IMG/VR virus record: IMGVR_UViG_3300005537_000001
Coordinates: 124,001-188,000 of that record
DNA length: 64,000 bases
Strand: one strand, 5' to 3'
Shown here: positions 18,057 to 26,424 of the stretch, one piece after another
How the letters are laid out: every line of letters begins with the position of its first letter
Numbering within the stretch: position 1 is the stretch's first letter
Translations under genes and position numbers: made by a program
Notes under the pieces: generated by a model
Told to the model about the DNA's origin: nothing
Database searches by the model: none
Seen by the model: the letters and a program-made list of their open reading frames with translations, nothing else

Positions 18057-18137
18057 TTGACAACCGACTCGCGACCGAGGGTTATCCATCCAAGATAAAC
18101 ATCCTCAACCGCAATGCCGCAAGGCCTTTGTTGTCAA
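18057..18137 (+). ncRNA. Y-RNA-like small RNA
   Basis: TTGACAAC-C-GA / TT-GTTGTCAA bulged-C terminal helix; GGTTATCC motif. Confidence 0.55.
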
Positions 18138-18146
18138 TTAGATTAT

Positions 18147-18220
18147 ACCACCATAGTTCAATGGTAGAACGTCTGGCCGATTACCGGAATACGCGGGTCC
18201 GATTCCTGCTGGTGGTACCA
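18147..18220 (+). tRNA. tRNA-Ile(GAT), C33
   Basis: TCTGG-CC GAT TA-CCGGA; CCA. Confidence 0.8.
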
Positions 18221-18225
18221 AATTT

Positions 18226-18310
18226 TAGGATATTGCGTGAGACTGCCACGGTATGCTGCAACCTCGTAAGAGGCATCGCTCGCTAGGTTCGACTCCTAGG
18301 TATCCTATCA
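18226..18310 (+). ncRNA. tRNA-Cys-like RNA with a hairpin inserted in the anticodon arm
   Basis: TAGGATA/TATCCTA; CT GCA AC followed by CCTC-GTAA-GAGG; CTAGG-TTCGACT-CCTAG. Confidence 0.5.
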
Positions 18311-18314
18311 AATT

Positions 18315-18386
18315 CGTGGCGTGGCAGAACGGTCATGCACCGGTTTCATAAGCCGTCCCAAGCAGGTTCAACTCCTGCCGCCACGA
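18315..18386 (+). tRNA. tRNA with CAT anticodon (Met or Ile2)
   Basis: CGTGGCG/CGCCACG; TT CAT AA loop. Confidence 0.8.
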
Positions 18387-18426
18387 CACAAAGTGGATTT
18401 TCTATAAGTAGAGATAAGGAGGACAA

Positions 18427-19218
18427 ATGTTCTATTATCTCTACAAAATCACGAATAACGTGAATGGAAAAATCTACGTCGGGTATCATAAAACCTCTAA
18501 CATAGATGATGGTTACATGGGATCCGGGAAGATTATCAAGCACGCAATTAAAAAGCACGGCTTAGATAACTTTACAAAAGTCATACTTGAGTATTTTGAG
18601 AATGCAGAAGCTATGTATGCGCGAGAGAAAGAAATTGTAGATGATGATTTTCTAGCTCGACCCGATGTCTATAACCTAAGACGCGGAGGAAACGGTGGGT
18701 TTGATCATATCAATAAAAATCGAACCGCCGAGGAATGGTCTCGATTAGGAAAATTGAGACGAGCAAAATCTAAAGGAAACACAGGTAAAATATTTAGTGT
18801 TGAATGGAAAGCTAATATTAGCAAATCGTTAAAAGGTAGTGATAATTCAGCAGCAGTTGAAGCGGCCAGATCCAAAAAATCTAACCATAAACGAAAACTT
18901 ACGATGAGAAAACGTAAGCATCAACAAGGTGAAAATAATTCCAATTTTGGAAAAATTTGGATAACTGATGGAATAAAAGCTGTCAAAATTAGAAAAGATC
19001 AGATACATGAATATCTTGAACGTGGATATATGTTGGGTAGAACAATTAAAATTCCAAAAATAAAACACATTACTAAAGCTGAACTCTACAATGATATTCA
19101 ACCTAAATGCAGAAATCCAAAATGTAATAACAGCTTGTCGCTTATGCAATTTGTCAAAAATATCAAATCGTGTTGTAAAGCATGCGCTAATTCAACACGT
19201 TATTCGGGGATCGTCTAA
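18427..19218 (+). mobile_element. GIY-YIG homing endonuclease (Seg-like) inserted in the tRNA array
   Basis: YLYKITNNVNGKIYVG..GYMGSG..YNL; AT-rich; stop overlaps tRNA-Gln. Confidence 0.9.
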
Positions 19219-19278
19219 CTGGCAGGACATTGAGCTTTGAACTCAGAAATCTTGGATCGTACCCAAGTCCCCGAACCA
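19204..19278 (+). tRNA. tRNA-Gln(TTG)
   Basis: TTGAG-CT TTG AA-CTCAG; CCA. Confidence 0.9.
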
Positions 19279-19285
19279 AATTATC

Positions 19286-19379
19286 GCCGAGGTAGCTCAG
19301 AGCTGGTCAAAACCCAGCGCCGGTAGAGCGGGTGCCCAACAGCACCGCGTCGTTGGTTCGAATCCAACCCGAGGCGCCA
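19286..19379 (+). ncRNA. tRNA-like RNA: D-loop hairpin insert, 6-nt anticodon loop, GA/GA mismatches in acceptor stem
   Basis: GCCGAGG/CCGAGGC-G-CCA; GCTGG..CCAGC insert; GGTGC-CCAACA-GCACC. Confidence 0.65.
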
Positions 19380-19386
19380 AGTTTAT

Positions 19387-19462
19387 TCACCGATAGTTTA
19401 ACTGGCAAAACCTTCGTCTCTGAAACGAAAGAGTCCTGGTTCGATCCCAGGTCGGTGATCCA
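19387..19462 (+). tRNA. tRNA-Gln(CTG)
   Basis: TTCGT-CT CTG AA-ACGAA; CCA. Confidence 0.9.
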
Positions 19463-19468
19463 AATTAT

Positions 19469-19544
19469 GCCCTCGTAGCCTAAAGGATAGGTGCTACGCT
19501 TCGAACGTAGAAAGATGCGGGTTCGAGTCCTGCCGAGGGTACCA
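19469..19544 (+). tRNA. tRNA-Arg(TCG)
   Basis: CTACG-CT TCG AA-CGTAG; CCA. Confidence 0.9.
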
Positions 19545-19551
19545 CCAAAAT

Positions 19552-19651
19552 GCCGAAGTAGCTTAGAGTGGTGCGCAAAATAAATCCACGTCGGTAGAGC
19601 GTCCACCCGGAAACGTGGAAGACGATGGTTCGAATCCATTCTGAGGCACCA
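19552..19651 (+). ncRNA. tRNA-like RNA paralogous to 19286-19379 (D-loop insert, 8-nt anticodon loop)
   Basis: GCCGAAG/CTGAGGC-A-CCA; GTGG..CCAC insert; TCCAC-CCGGAAAC-GTGGA. Confidence 0.65.
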
Positions 19652-19655
19652 ATTT

Positions 19656-19731
19656 CTCCCTATAGTGAAGCTGGATATCACGAGGTCGTGCGAAGGCCTA
19701 AGCAGAGGTTCGACTCCTCTTAGGGAGGCCA
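19656..19731 (+). tRNA. tRNA-Arg(GCG)
   Basis: AGGTC-GT GCG AA-GGCCT; CCA. Confidence 0.85.
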
Positions 19732-19750
19732 CATTCAAGTAAATAGCTGC

Positions 19751-20263
19751 ATGAAAGCATACGAACTATTCGAGGATACAAGAATATACTGGCACGCCAG
19801 CCAAAGCGATCTGCCCCTTGGTAAGGTGATAGCGTGGAAGGCTAAGCAGAAGCACCACTTTGGTGATTATGAGAAACTTCTGGAATACTTCCGTCCAGCT
19901 GGAGCTTTAAGCAGATTGACATCTTTCTTTCTTGCAAATACGCGCCAAGGTGCTGAGCAATTTGGTAGAGGGAATACCTATAAGGTTCAAGCCGTTGGTA
20001 AAACAAGCTCCCACTACATTGGCTGGATAGGTCTTCTTACTGGATTGCCCATGATGGTTGGGTATAAATCCGGGCACGGATACACGGTGAAAGTTTCTAG
20101 GGAGCTTTCAAATCCAGATGTCAAATACATCTGTGAGCAATATTGGTCTGGCAAGAAGCCATCGACAAAAGATTTCAAGCGATTTGATGAAGAGCCAGAT
20201 GGTGAGAGCTTCATTCAAGAAACTCTTGCGCCAAAGATAATCTGTCTCAAACATTTTGAATAA
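19751..20263 (+). CDS. Probable virion protein with ADP-ribosyltransferase-like (Arr/DUF2441-like) fold
   Basis: MKAYELFE start; YWHAS..L..G, LEYFRP...SRLTSFF, YW, distal E. Confidence 0.5.
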   Translation: MKAYELFEDTRIYWHASQSDLPLGKVIAWKAKQKHHFGDYEKLLEYFRPAGALSRLTSFFLANTRQGAEQFGRGNTYKVQAVGKTSSHYIGWIGLLTGLPMMVGYKSGHGYTVKVSRELSNPDVKYICEQYWSGKKPSTKDFKRFDEEPDGESFIQETLAPKIICLKHFE

Positions 20264-20264
20264 C

Positions 20265-20338
20265 GTCCCGTTCGTCCAATGATAAGACGACAAGTTGCAA
20301 CCTTGTAGACGCTGGTTTGATTCCGGCACGGGACTCCA
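20265..20338 (+). tRNA. tRNA-Cys(GCA)
   Basis: ACAAG-TT GCA AC-CTTGT; T73-CCA. Confidence 0.9.
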
Positions 20339-20344
20339 AATTAT

Positions 20345-20422
20345 TGGCACTTAGCGTTCAGGGTGAGTGCGCCGCACTGTTAATGCGGAACGAGACTGGT
20401 TCGATCCCAGTAGTGCCAGCCA
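20345..20422 (+). tRNA. tRNA-Asn(GTT), second copy
   Basis: CCGCA-CT GTT AA-TGCGG; CCA. Confidence 0.9.
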
Positions 20423-20429
20423 AATTAAT

Positions 20430-20506
20430 ATGGGTGTGTCAGGTAATTGGCTAACCGGCTGCGCTCCAAACGCTTCGATGGGGTTCGAATCCCTCCACCC
20501 ATGCCA
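20430..20506 (+). tRNA. tRNA-Trp(CCA) with only 3 canonical anticodon-stem pairs
   Basis: ATGGGTG/CACCCAT-G-CCA; CTGCG-CT CCA AA-CGCTT. Confidence 0.75.
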
Positions 20507-20542
20507 AATATCTCTAAATAACTCATCGACCTGGAGTACGCT

Positions 20543-21205
20543 ATGAAGATTTACGAGTTACTAGAAGCAAGTGATCCTAATTCACCGTCTAATCAGCTGC
20601 GCAAGTTGAAAGGTAACAAGGATGAACTCATCAAGCACATTCTTACTAAAGTTAAGGATGGTCGCTACGATTATGCTAAAAAGGTTGTAGCGCTCGCTAG
20701 AGACAAAGGAATAGATTATCCCGAATTTGATTCTGTTGAGAAGAGCATAGGTAGAGGCGTAGCAGGAAATGCAACCCATGAACCAAGCTACAATGAAAAG
20801 AGCAGATCACTTCAGGGTAGAGTAAAAGATTGGCACAAGCTTATGGGCGTCAGCGATAAAGATGTCGCCACCGCGCACCGTGAAATCAGCAGTTCGAAGC
20901 AGTATTTGGATCTCATACACGCGGGAATGACGGATATATCCACCCCACAGCAAAAGAAGAATGGCACCTTCAACTTTAGCGTTAAAGACGAACCGGGTTC
21001 ATATCAAGTGTATGGCAACGGTCAGCTCCGTCACATGAAGCCGTTAATGGGGTATGGTGGATATGGTCGACTAAAACATCAGCTGGTAGCTTCGCTTAGA
21101 CCAACTATTATCGCGGGTGATCCGGTAAAATCGCTGCTCAAAACATACGAGGCGGCGATGGAAAAGATGCTCGCCTACTTCAAGCGCGCAAGATCGCCAA
21201 AATAA
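20543..21205 (+). CDS. Probable virion internal protein (paralog of 28564-29238)
   Basis: MKIYELLEA; shared GDPVKS..KTY and GxDxPEF..I/VxKS motifs. Confidence 0.75.
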   Translation: MKIYELLEASDPNSPSNQLRKLKGNKDELIKHILTKVKDGRYDYAKKVVALARDKGIDYPEFDSVEKSIGRGVAGNATHEPSYNEKSRSLQGRVKDWHKLMGVSDKDVATAHREISSSKQYLDLIHAGMTDISTPQQKKNGTFNFSVKDEPGSYQVYGNGQLRHMKPLMGYGGYGRLKHQLVASLRPTIIAGDPVKSLLKTYEAAMEKMLAYFKRARSPK

Positions 21206-21209
21206 TTTT

Positions 21210-21282
21210 GCCCTCGCCGGTGGATACGGCCACAGGTCTTCTAAACCAGTAGGTGGAGGTTCGATTCCTCTCGAGGGCGCCA
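21210..21282 (+). tRNA. tRNA-Arg(TCT), reduced D arm
   Basis: GCCCTCG/CGAGGGC; CT TCT AA; CCA. Confidence 0.8.
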
Positions 21283-21287
21283 TTTAA

Positions 21288-21362
21288 GCCGTTGTCGTAT
21301 ATTGGTAATACAGATCCTTGGTAAGGATCAAAACGAGTGTTCGATTCACTCCTGCGGCACCA
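21288..21362 (+). tRNA. tRNA-Thr(GGT)
   Basis: GATCC-TT GGT AA-GGATC; CCA. Confidence 0.9.
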
Positions 21363-21381
21363 ACAAGTAAATAAAAGTACT

Positions 21382-21804
21382 ATGAAAATACTTCTACATC
21401 CAGATCCAACTCTTAGCAAGATAAGCCATCCAATCGAAGAGATTAATGACGGCACTATCGAGCTAATCAACAACATGTTCATTACCATGAACGAAGCTGG
21501 TGGTATCGGTCTGTCGGCAATTCAGGTAGGTGTTGACAAGCAGCTGTTCATCATGAGCATCAACGGTGCCAGCTACATCTTCATCAATCCGGTTATCACG
21601 TGGAGATCTCCAGAAACTCAAACGATCAACGAAGGCTGTCTCAGTCTTCCAGGTACGTTCGTCGACATGACCCGCAGCGCTAAGATTATAGTGAACGCGT
21701 TTGGGGTTGACGGTAAGATATTTGAGGTTGAAGCAACCGGTCTCCACGCCGCGTGCATTCAGCATGAAATGGATCATCTAAGCGGAAAGACGCTGCTCTC
21801 CTAA
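21382..21804 (+). CDS. def: Peptide deformylase
   Basis: GIGLSAIQVG, EGCLS, QHEMDH. Confidence 0.95.
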   Translation: MKILLHPDPTLSKISHPIEEINDGTIELINNMFITMNEAGGIGLSAIQVGVDKQLFIMSINGASYIFINPVITWRSPETQTINEGCLSLPGTFVDMTRSAKIIVNAFGVDGKIFEVEATGLHAACIQHEMDHLSGKTLLS

Positions 21805-21869
21805 TTCAGTGGTAGAATGCCTGCATGACACGCAGGATGTGGTAGGTCCGATTCCTACGGAGAGCACCA
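21795..21869 (+). tRNA. tRNA-Val(GAC), overlapping the def stop codon
   Basis: CCTGC-AT GAC AC-GCAGG; CCA. Confidence 0.85.
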
Positions 21870-21926
21870 ACATCGTGGTCTAGCGATAAATACTATCCTA
21901 GACCATTTTCATTGCGTGGGATTTGA

Positions 21927-22118
21927 ATGAAAGTAGCAGAATTACTTGAACGCGATTATGTTTCGGATGTGTGGAGCGCCAAACCACTTAAGCTCCTTAA
22001 CAGGTACAGCAAGAAGGATTTGAGCAAGGCGCTCAGTAGAAAGCCGTCAGCGCAGACGGTAGTGATAAGAAACACCGCCACCGGTGACATCGTTGGCAAG
22101 CGAACTATCATACAATGA
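21927..22118 (+). CDS. Small probable virion internal protein
   Basis: MKVAELLE; late-type ATAAATA upstream. Confidence 0.6.
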   Translation: MKVAELLERDYVSDVWSAKPLKLLNRYSKKDLSKALSRKPSAQTVVIRNTATGDIVGKRTIIQ

Positions 22119-22456
22119 AACTTCAAGATTTATTCGAGTCAAAATACGCATCGGTTCCTCTATCACAGATACAACCGACAGAAGATTGGCAGGTACCTAT
22201 TGATGATAGGCTTTTAGCATATGTCGATGGTGAAAAGAATACCGTGCCGCGAATTTATGATGACATCAAAAATGGTATTGGAATAAAGCATGCTCTGGAA
22301 GTTTCTAGGATAGCAGATACTTCTAAGAGCTGGAAAAAGACATTTCCACCGAAGCCTGGAAAGGTATATTATTTGCATAATGGCCACCACAGATATGCGG
22401 CGGCTGTTTTAGCAAAATTGAAAAATGTTAGGGTTAGAATAGGAAAAGGAGCATAA
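22115..22456 (+). CDS. ParB/Srx-like domain protein with capsid-targeting-like N-terminus
   Basis: MKLQDLFE; YLHNGHHRYAAA. Confidence 0.7.
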   Translation: MKLQDLFESKYASVPLSQIQPTEDWQVPIDDRLLAYVDGEKNTVPRIYDDIKNGIGIKHALEVSRIADTSKSWKKTFPPKPGKVYYLHNGHHRYAAAVLAKLKNVRVRIGKGA

Positions 22457-22457
22457 G

Positions 22458-23120
22458 ATGAAGCGCATTATAGAAATTAAATCTGCCGAAGGCGGCACAG
22501 ATAGCAAGCTCTTCGCGCAAGATCTTGCCAACGCATACGTAAAGTATCTCACCCGAGTCGGCTGACTCCACCGCCGCATCGATTCGCTGACAATCGAGGT
22601 TGATGGACAGGATCTCTCAGCGCTTCACCAAGAAGCTGGTGGTCATCGAATCCAGCGGGTTCCACCAACCGAACGTTCTGGTCGCACCCACACCTCTACC
22701 GTTACCGTCGCCATCATCAACCCGCAAGAAGCTAAGCTGATTGAGTTCAACGAACGTGACTTCAGGATAGAGTGGTACTCTGGTACCGGTTCTGGTGGAC
22801 AACACCGTAACAAGCACCAAAATTCTTGCCGAATATTTCATACCCCAACTGGGACGGTTGCCACCGCACAATGTAGGAGCCGAGAAAATTCCTTGAAGGA
22901 AGCGAAGGTAAATATCCTTGAACGTCTAAACGCTCAGCTCTCCGGAGCAGCCCATCAAGCACTATCAATGGATAGGAAAACTCAGATGGGTTCCGGAGAG
23001 CGGGGTGACAAGATCCGCACCTACCGCTTCCAAGACAATATCGTCAAGGATCACAACACCGGAAAGCAGGCGCAAACCGACAAGGTGATGGCTGGAAACT
23101 TTCAACTGCTTTGGAGATAA
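22458..23120 (+). CDS. RF1-type peptide chain release factor (lacking domain 1) with in-frame TGA at codon 36
   Basis: MKRIIEIKSAEGGTDSKLFAQDL..Y..RVG*LH...EAGGHRIQRVPPTE.SGRTHTS...GSGGQHRNK...GSGERGDKIRTY; PxT and GGQ motifs; TGA 22563-22565. Confidence 0.9.
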
Positions 23121-23550
23121 CATGCAATACGAACCATTTTGGATATCTGGAGTCACAAACCTGCTGCGGTGGAATGGTGTCGAGATAGTTGAGATACCAA
23201 ACACCGAAGGGCTATCGCCGTCCAAATTCCTTGATCAATTCATGGATGCATTTTGACCAGATTGAAATGATCGAGGATAAGCTGCTGGAGATTGGAGACA
23301 GCTTAAGCCAAGCGCTGCGGGAAGCTGCAGAGCTAAGGAAGAACAAGCTGGAACCGTCTCCAGGACTGAAGGAGCAGATAGCGCACCTCCGCAAAAGACA
23401 GGAAACCTTTCTAGAAAGCCTGGAAACGTGGAAGACCGTTCTTCGAGAATATCCAAACTACGATCGTTAACCTGAAATTGTACTGGTAACCCTATGCATG
23501 TTAGAATATGGAATAAATAGGGTACAGGTCCATCCACTAAAGGTATCTCC

Positions 23551-25092
23551 ATGAACATTTTGAAAACCGTTGTCGCCCTCAACGAGGATGCTCCACCATC
23601 CGGTCCTAAAGAAGTTATCGATCGCTTGAGCAAAGCGCTGGTCGGTAAAAAGATTACCGCTTTTGGACCTAACGGCAGAGGACTTTGGGGTGATCACCAT
23701 GAGGTTCAATCCTACCGCATCAAGCGCGTTGTTGGCCACCTTGGTCCAATGGATGATGGTGAACCGGAATGGGGTAACATTGACATTCACCTAGATGGTT
23801 ACCACGCCGGCGGTGTCAAGGGTAAGGATGAGAAAGGAAATCCAACCATCCTCGGCGGAATGATCTACACCGATAGAACATTCGAGAAGCACCTGAAGGC
23901 GCTGCTTCACTCAGTTCCAGCTATGAAGTATGTTAAGAGCATTGGTTATTCAGAGCAAGGAATGCAGGGTAAGAATTTTGTAAACCTCGACATCGTATTC
24001 AACAAGAAAGAACTTAACAACGCGATGGCTGACAGCCTTATCCGCAAGGGTGGGAAGCTTAAGGAAGATGCCGCCGAACAAATGCCCGCCGCTCCGAAGA
24101 AGCATGAGCCACTCCCAAAAATAGGTCAAAACATAGTCGAGCACCTGCAAGCTCTGCAGGCGACCTTGGACATGCTCTGCATCAAGACCCGCGGCTTTTC
24201 ATTCAACGTTGTTGAAGAAAGCTTCTACGAATTTCACTCATTCTTGAATCTCACCATCGACTATCTCCACAAGGAATCATACGAGGTTGCCGAGCGGGTT
24301 CGGTCGATCGACGCGATGGCCAACTACGCGCTAGCCGACGTTTCTAGCAAGTCAAGAATTAAGGACGCTGAGAAGCTGGTAACATCGTTCCCAGAAATGG
24401 TGAAGGAGCTTCTAGCTGACTATGAGATAGTTAGTGATTTGGCGCGCCGCATATTTCACATGGCCACCGAAGTGGTTGATGCTGGAACCATCGCGCTCGC
24501 TACCAGCCTAGCGCTGAAGATTGAGCATTTCATGTGGGAAATCCGGGTGATGGTTGGTAAGGATCCAGCTGACAAGGTTAAAGAATCTGTTTCAGAAGCC
24601 AAGAAGAATGATGGTGACTACGACATCCACGTCAAGAAGGTACCAAGCGGTACATACTACGGTAAGAATCTTACCCACACCATCATCGACACCAAGCACC
24701 CCGTCCTAAAGAAGCGCTACGGTGAAACTGGCGATGGATTATCCGCCGCCGCCCTAGCAACGATCAAGAAGGCGTACAAGGTTAAGGAAGCTGAAGAGAG
24801 CTTATGCTGTGAGTTCAATCTCGTTGAAGCTAAGAAAGCTGAAAAGAAAGATCCTTCAAGCGTAATCCTGGACATTGCGGTTCAGGGTGGTGGGCACAAG
24901 ATGGGAACCGATGAGGACACCATCAAGTGGGCCAAAAAATTTAACTGCACGGCTAAGAAGCTTAACACCGGCGGCCGCGGAGGCTGGCCAGAGTGGAAGT
25001 TTACCGGAGATCCAAAGGACATCCGCCGCCTAGTTACAAACTACACCGGTAAAGGCAACGACGTGGAATATCTTTTGGGACACGAGGATTAA
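23551..25092 (+). CDS. Multidomain probable virion polyprotein containing a Dps/ferritin-like domain
   Basis: Late-type promoter; LNE/LKE/VKE/VSE/LVE linkers; KTRGFSFNV..FYEFH...EVAERVR aligns with Dps. Confidence 0.75.
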   Translation: MNILKTVVALNEDAPPSGPKEVIDRLSKALVGKKITAFGPNGRGLWGDHHEVQSYRIKRVVGHLGPMDDGEPEWGNIDIHLDGYHAGGVKGKDEKGNPTILGGMIYTDRTFEKHLKALLHSVPAMKYVKSIGYSEQGMQGKNFVNLDIVFNKKELNNAMADSLIRKGGKLKEDAAEQMPAAPKKHEPLPKIGQNIVEHLQALQATLDMLCIKTRGFSFNVVEESFYEFHSFLNLTIDYLHKESYEVAERVRSIDAMANYALADVSSKSRIKDAEKLVTSFPEMVKELLADYEIVSDLARRIFHMATEVVDAGTIALATSLALKIEHFMWEIRVMVGKDPADKVKESVSEAKKNDGDYDIHVKKVPSGTYYGKNLTHTIIDTKHPVLKKRYGETGDGLSAAALATIKKAYKVKEAEESLCCEFNLVEAKKAEKKDPSSVILDIAVQGGGHKMGTDEDTIKWAKKFNCTAKKLNTGGRGGWPEWKFTGDPKDIRRLVTNYTGKGNDVEYLLGHED

Positions 25093-25100
25093 TATCGCAT

Positions 25101-25203
25101 AGAGATGTCGTATAATGGTATTACCCCGGTCTCCTAAGCACTTTCCTAAAGAGAGTTTTTAGGAAAACCGATGACGGGAGTTCGATTCTCTCCATCTCTG
25201 CCA
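25101..25203 (+). tRNA. tRNA-Trp-like gene with a 29-nt insertion in the anticodon loop
   Basis: AGAGATG/CATCTCT-G-CCA; removing 25135-25163 gives CCGGT-CT CCA AA-ACCGA. Confidence 0.7.
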
Positions 25204-25219
25204 CGTATAGGAAATAAAC

Positions 25220-25540
25220 ATGATAGAAAAACCTATAAGCATTGTGCCACTTGACAACATTGACGAGATAGTTGCTGACATCACAACAAAGCTATCTGCA
25301 GAAGATAAGGTTTACATTGCCAATGGTACATTGCGTGAAGCAAGATCTCTCCACCACTCTCTTGGTCAATGGATCCGAAATACGTATTCTCTCTGGCACC
25401 TCAGCCCGCTAACACTCCGTTGGCGCTCACAACCAGAAACGCACGACATTCGCGATGGTGTAGATTACAGTCAAGATCACCCAGATCAAGTTTCCGATAA
25501 AATCATCGAAGCGCTGTGGTACAAGCTTCAGGACTGCTGA
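25220..25540 (+). CDS. hypothetical protein
   Basis: LHHSLGQWIRNTYSLW..HPDQVS. Confidence 0.65.
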   Translation: MIEKPISIVPLDNIDEIVADITTKLSAEDKVYIANGTLREARSLHHSLGQWIRNTYSLWHLSPLTLRWRSQPETHDIRDGVDYSQDHPDQVSDKIIEALWYKLQDC

Positions 25541-26109
25541 TGAAACTTTCTGATCTCTATGAGATGCCATTACGCGCTGGCAACCTTGAAAAATCAGCCC
25601 AAGATTTTGCAGATAAAAACCGAGAGCAATGGCTAAAAGCTGAACACGTAGGCGATATCGGTCAGTTAATAGTTAGAAAGGATAAGCTTGTTTACTCTGT
25701 TTGGGATGGTGACAAGCTGGTTGCATGTGCGTCGTTGGAAGATGGAAAATATGGATCTATTGTCGACAACGTATGGGTGAATAAGGATTATCGCCGGCAA
25801 AAAATATTCTCCAAGCTTCTTTGGTTCTTTAAATCTCGGGAAGGTCGCGATAAGCTGCTGCTTGGAAAGGTTCATTCGGACGATACCTATCAGCTGATAA
25901 ATGGCGTTGGGCTATCAAGATTTCAAAAATACTGGATTAAGGATGGAAAAACCGAGCCATTCTCACCCGCCACAGTAGATAAATTTTATGGTAGTGAATA
26001 TGGATGGCAGCTTGTTTTGGAAAATGGTGATGATTTTTTTAACGATTTTCCTAGATTTTCCGGCTGTCATAACTGGATACAAGAAGATTATGAGTGGCAA
26101 ATAGCATGA
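25540..26109 (+). CDS. GNAT-like protein with capsid-targeting-like N-terminus
   Basis: MKLSDLYEM; VWVNKDYRRQKIFS. Confidence 0.65.
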   Translation: MKLSDLYEMPLRAGNLEKSAQDFADKNREQWLKAEHVGDIGQLIVRKDKLVYSVWDGDKLVACASLEDGKYGSIVDNVWVNKDYRRQKIFSKLLWFFKSREGRDKLLLGKVHSDDTYQLINGVGLSRFQKYWIKDGKTEPFSPATVDKFYGSEYGWQLVLENGDDFFNDFPRFSGCHNWIQEDYEWQIA

Positions 26110-26423
26110 AGATTACAGAAGCAGCAGCTAAGAAAATAAACGAGCACGTTAGCGCGAACCCCGACATAGCTGATGGATTTAGAATCGCGGTAGTTGGTGG
26201 TGGATGCTCTGGTTTCCAATATGATTTTACTCTCTCGCTTGAAGAAGAGGATGATGTGGTAATCGTAAAGGACGGCACGCGGATCTACATAGATCCAATC
26301 TCCATGACGTATCTCGATAACGCTGAATTCGATTACATCGAAGAAAATTTCAGCTCACGATTTGTTTTCAGAAACCCAGCCGCAAAATCAACGTGCGGAT
26401 GTGGTTCATCTTTTTCGGCCTGA
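26106..26423 (+). CDS. IscA/ErpA/HesB-family Fe-S carrier
   Basis: GGGCSGFQY, NP.AKSTCGCGSSF. Confidence 0.95.
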   Translation: MKITEAAAKKINEHVSANPDIADGFRIAVVGGGCSGFQYDFTLSLEEEDDVVIVKDGTRIYIDPISMTYLDNAEFDYIEENFSSRFVFRNPAAKSTCGCGSSFSA

Positions 26424-26424
26424 T

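Noticed and set aside
15510-21488. ORF-track ORFs overlapping tRNAs (e.g. 15510-15926, 16197-16511, 19307-19738)
   Set aside because: They overlap tRNA genes, lack SD sequences and show no protein motifs.
22540-22580. prfB-style +1 frameshift in the release factor
   Set aside because: No CTT-TGA slippery site; the downstream domain is in the same frame, so readthrough rather than frameshifting is required.
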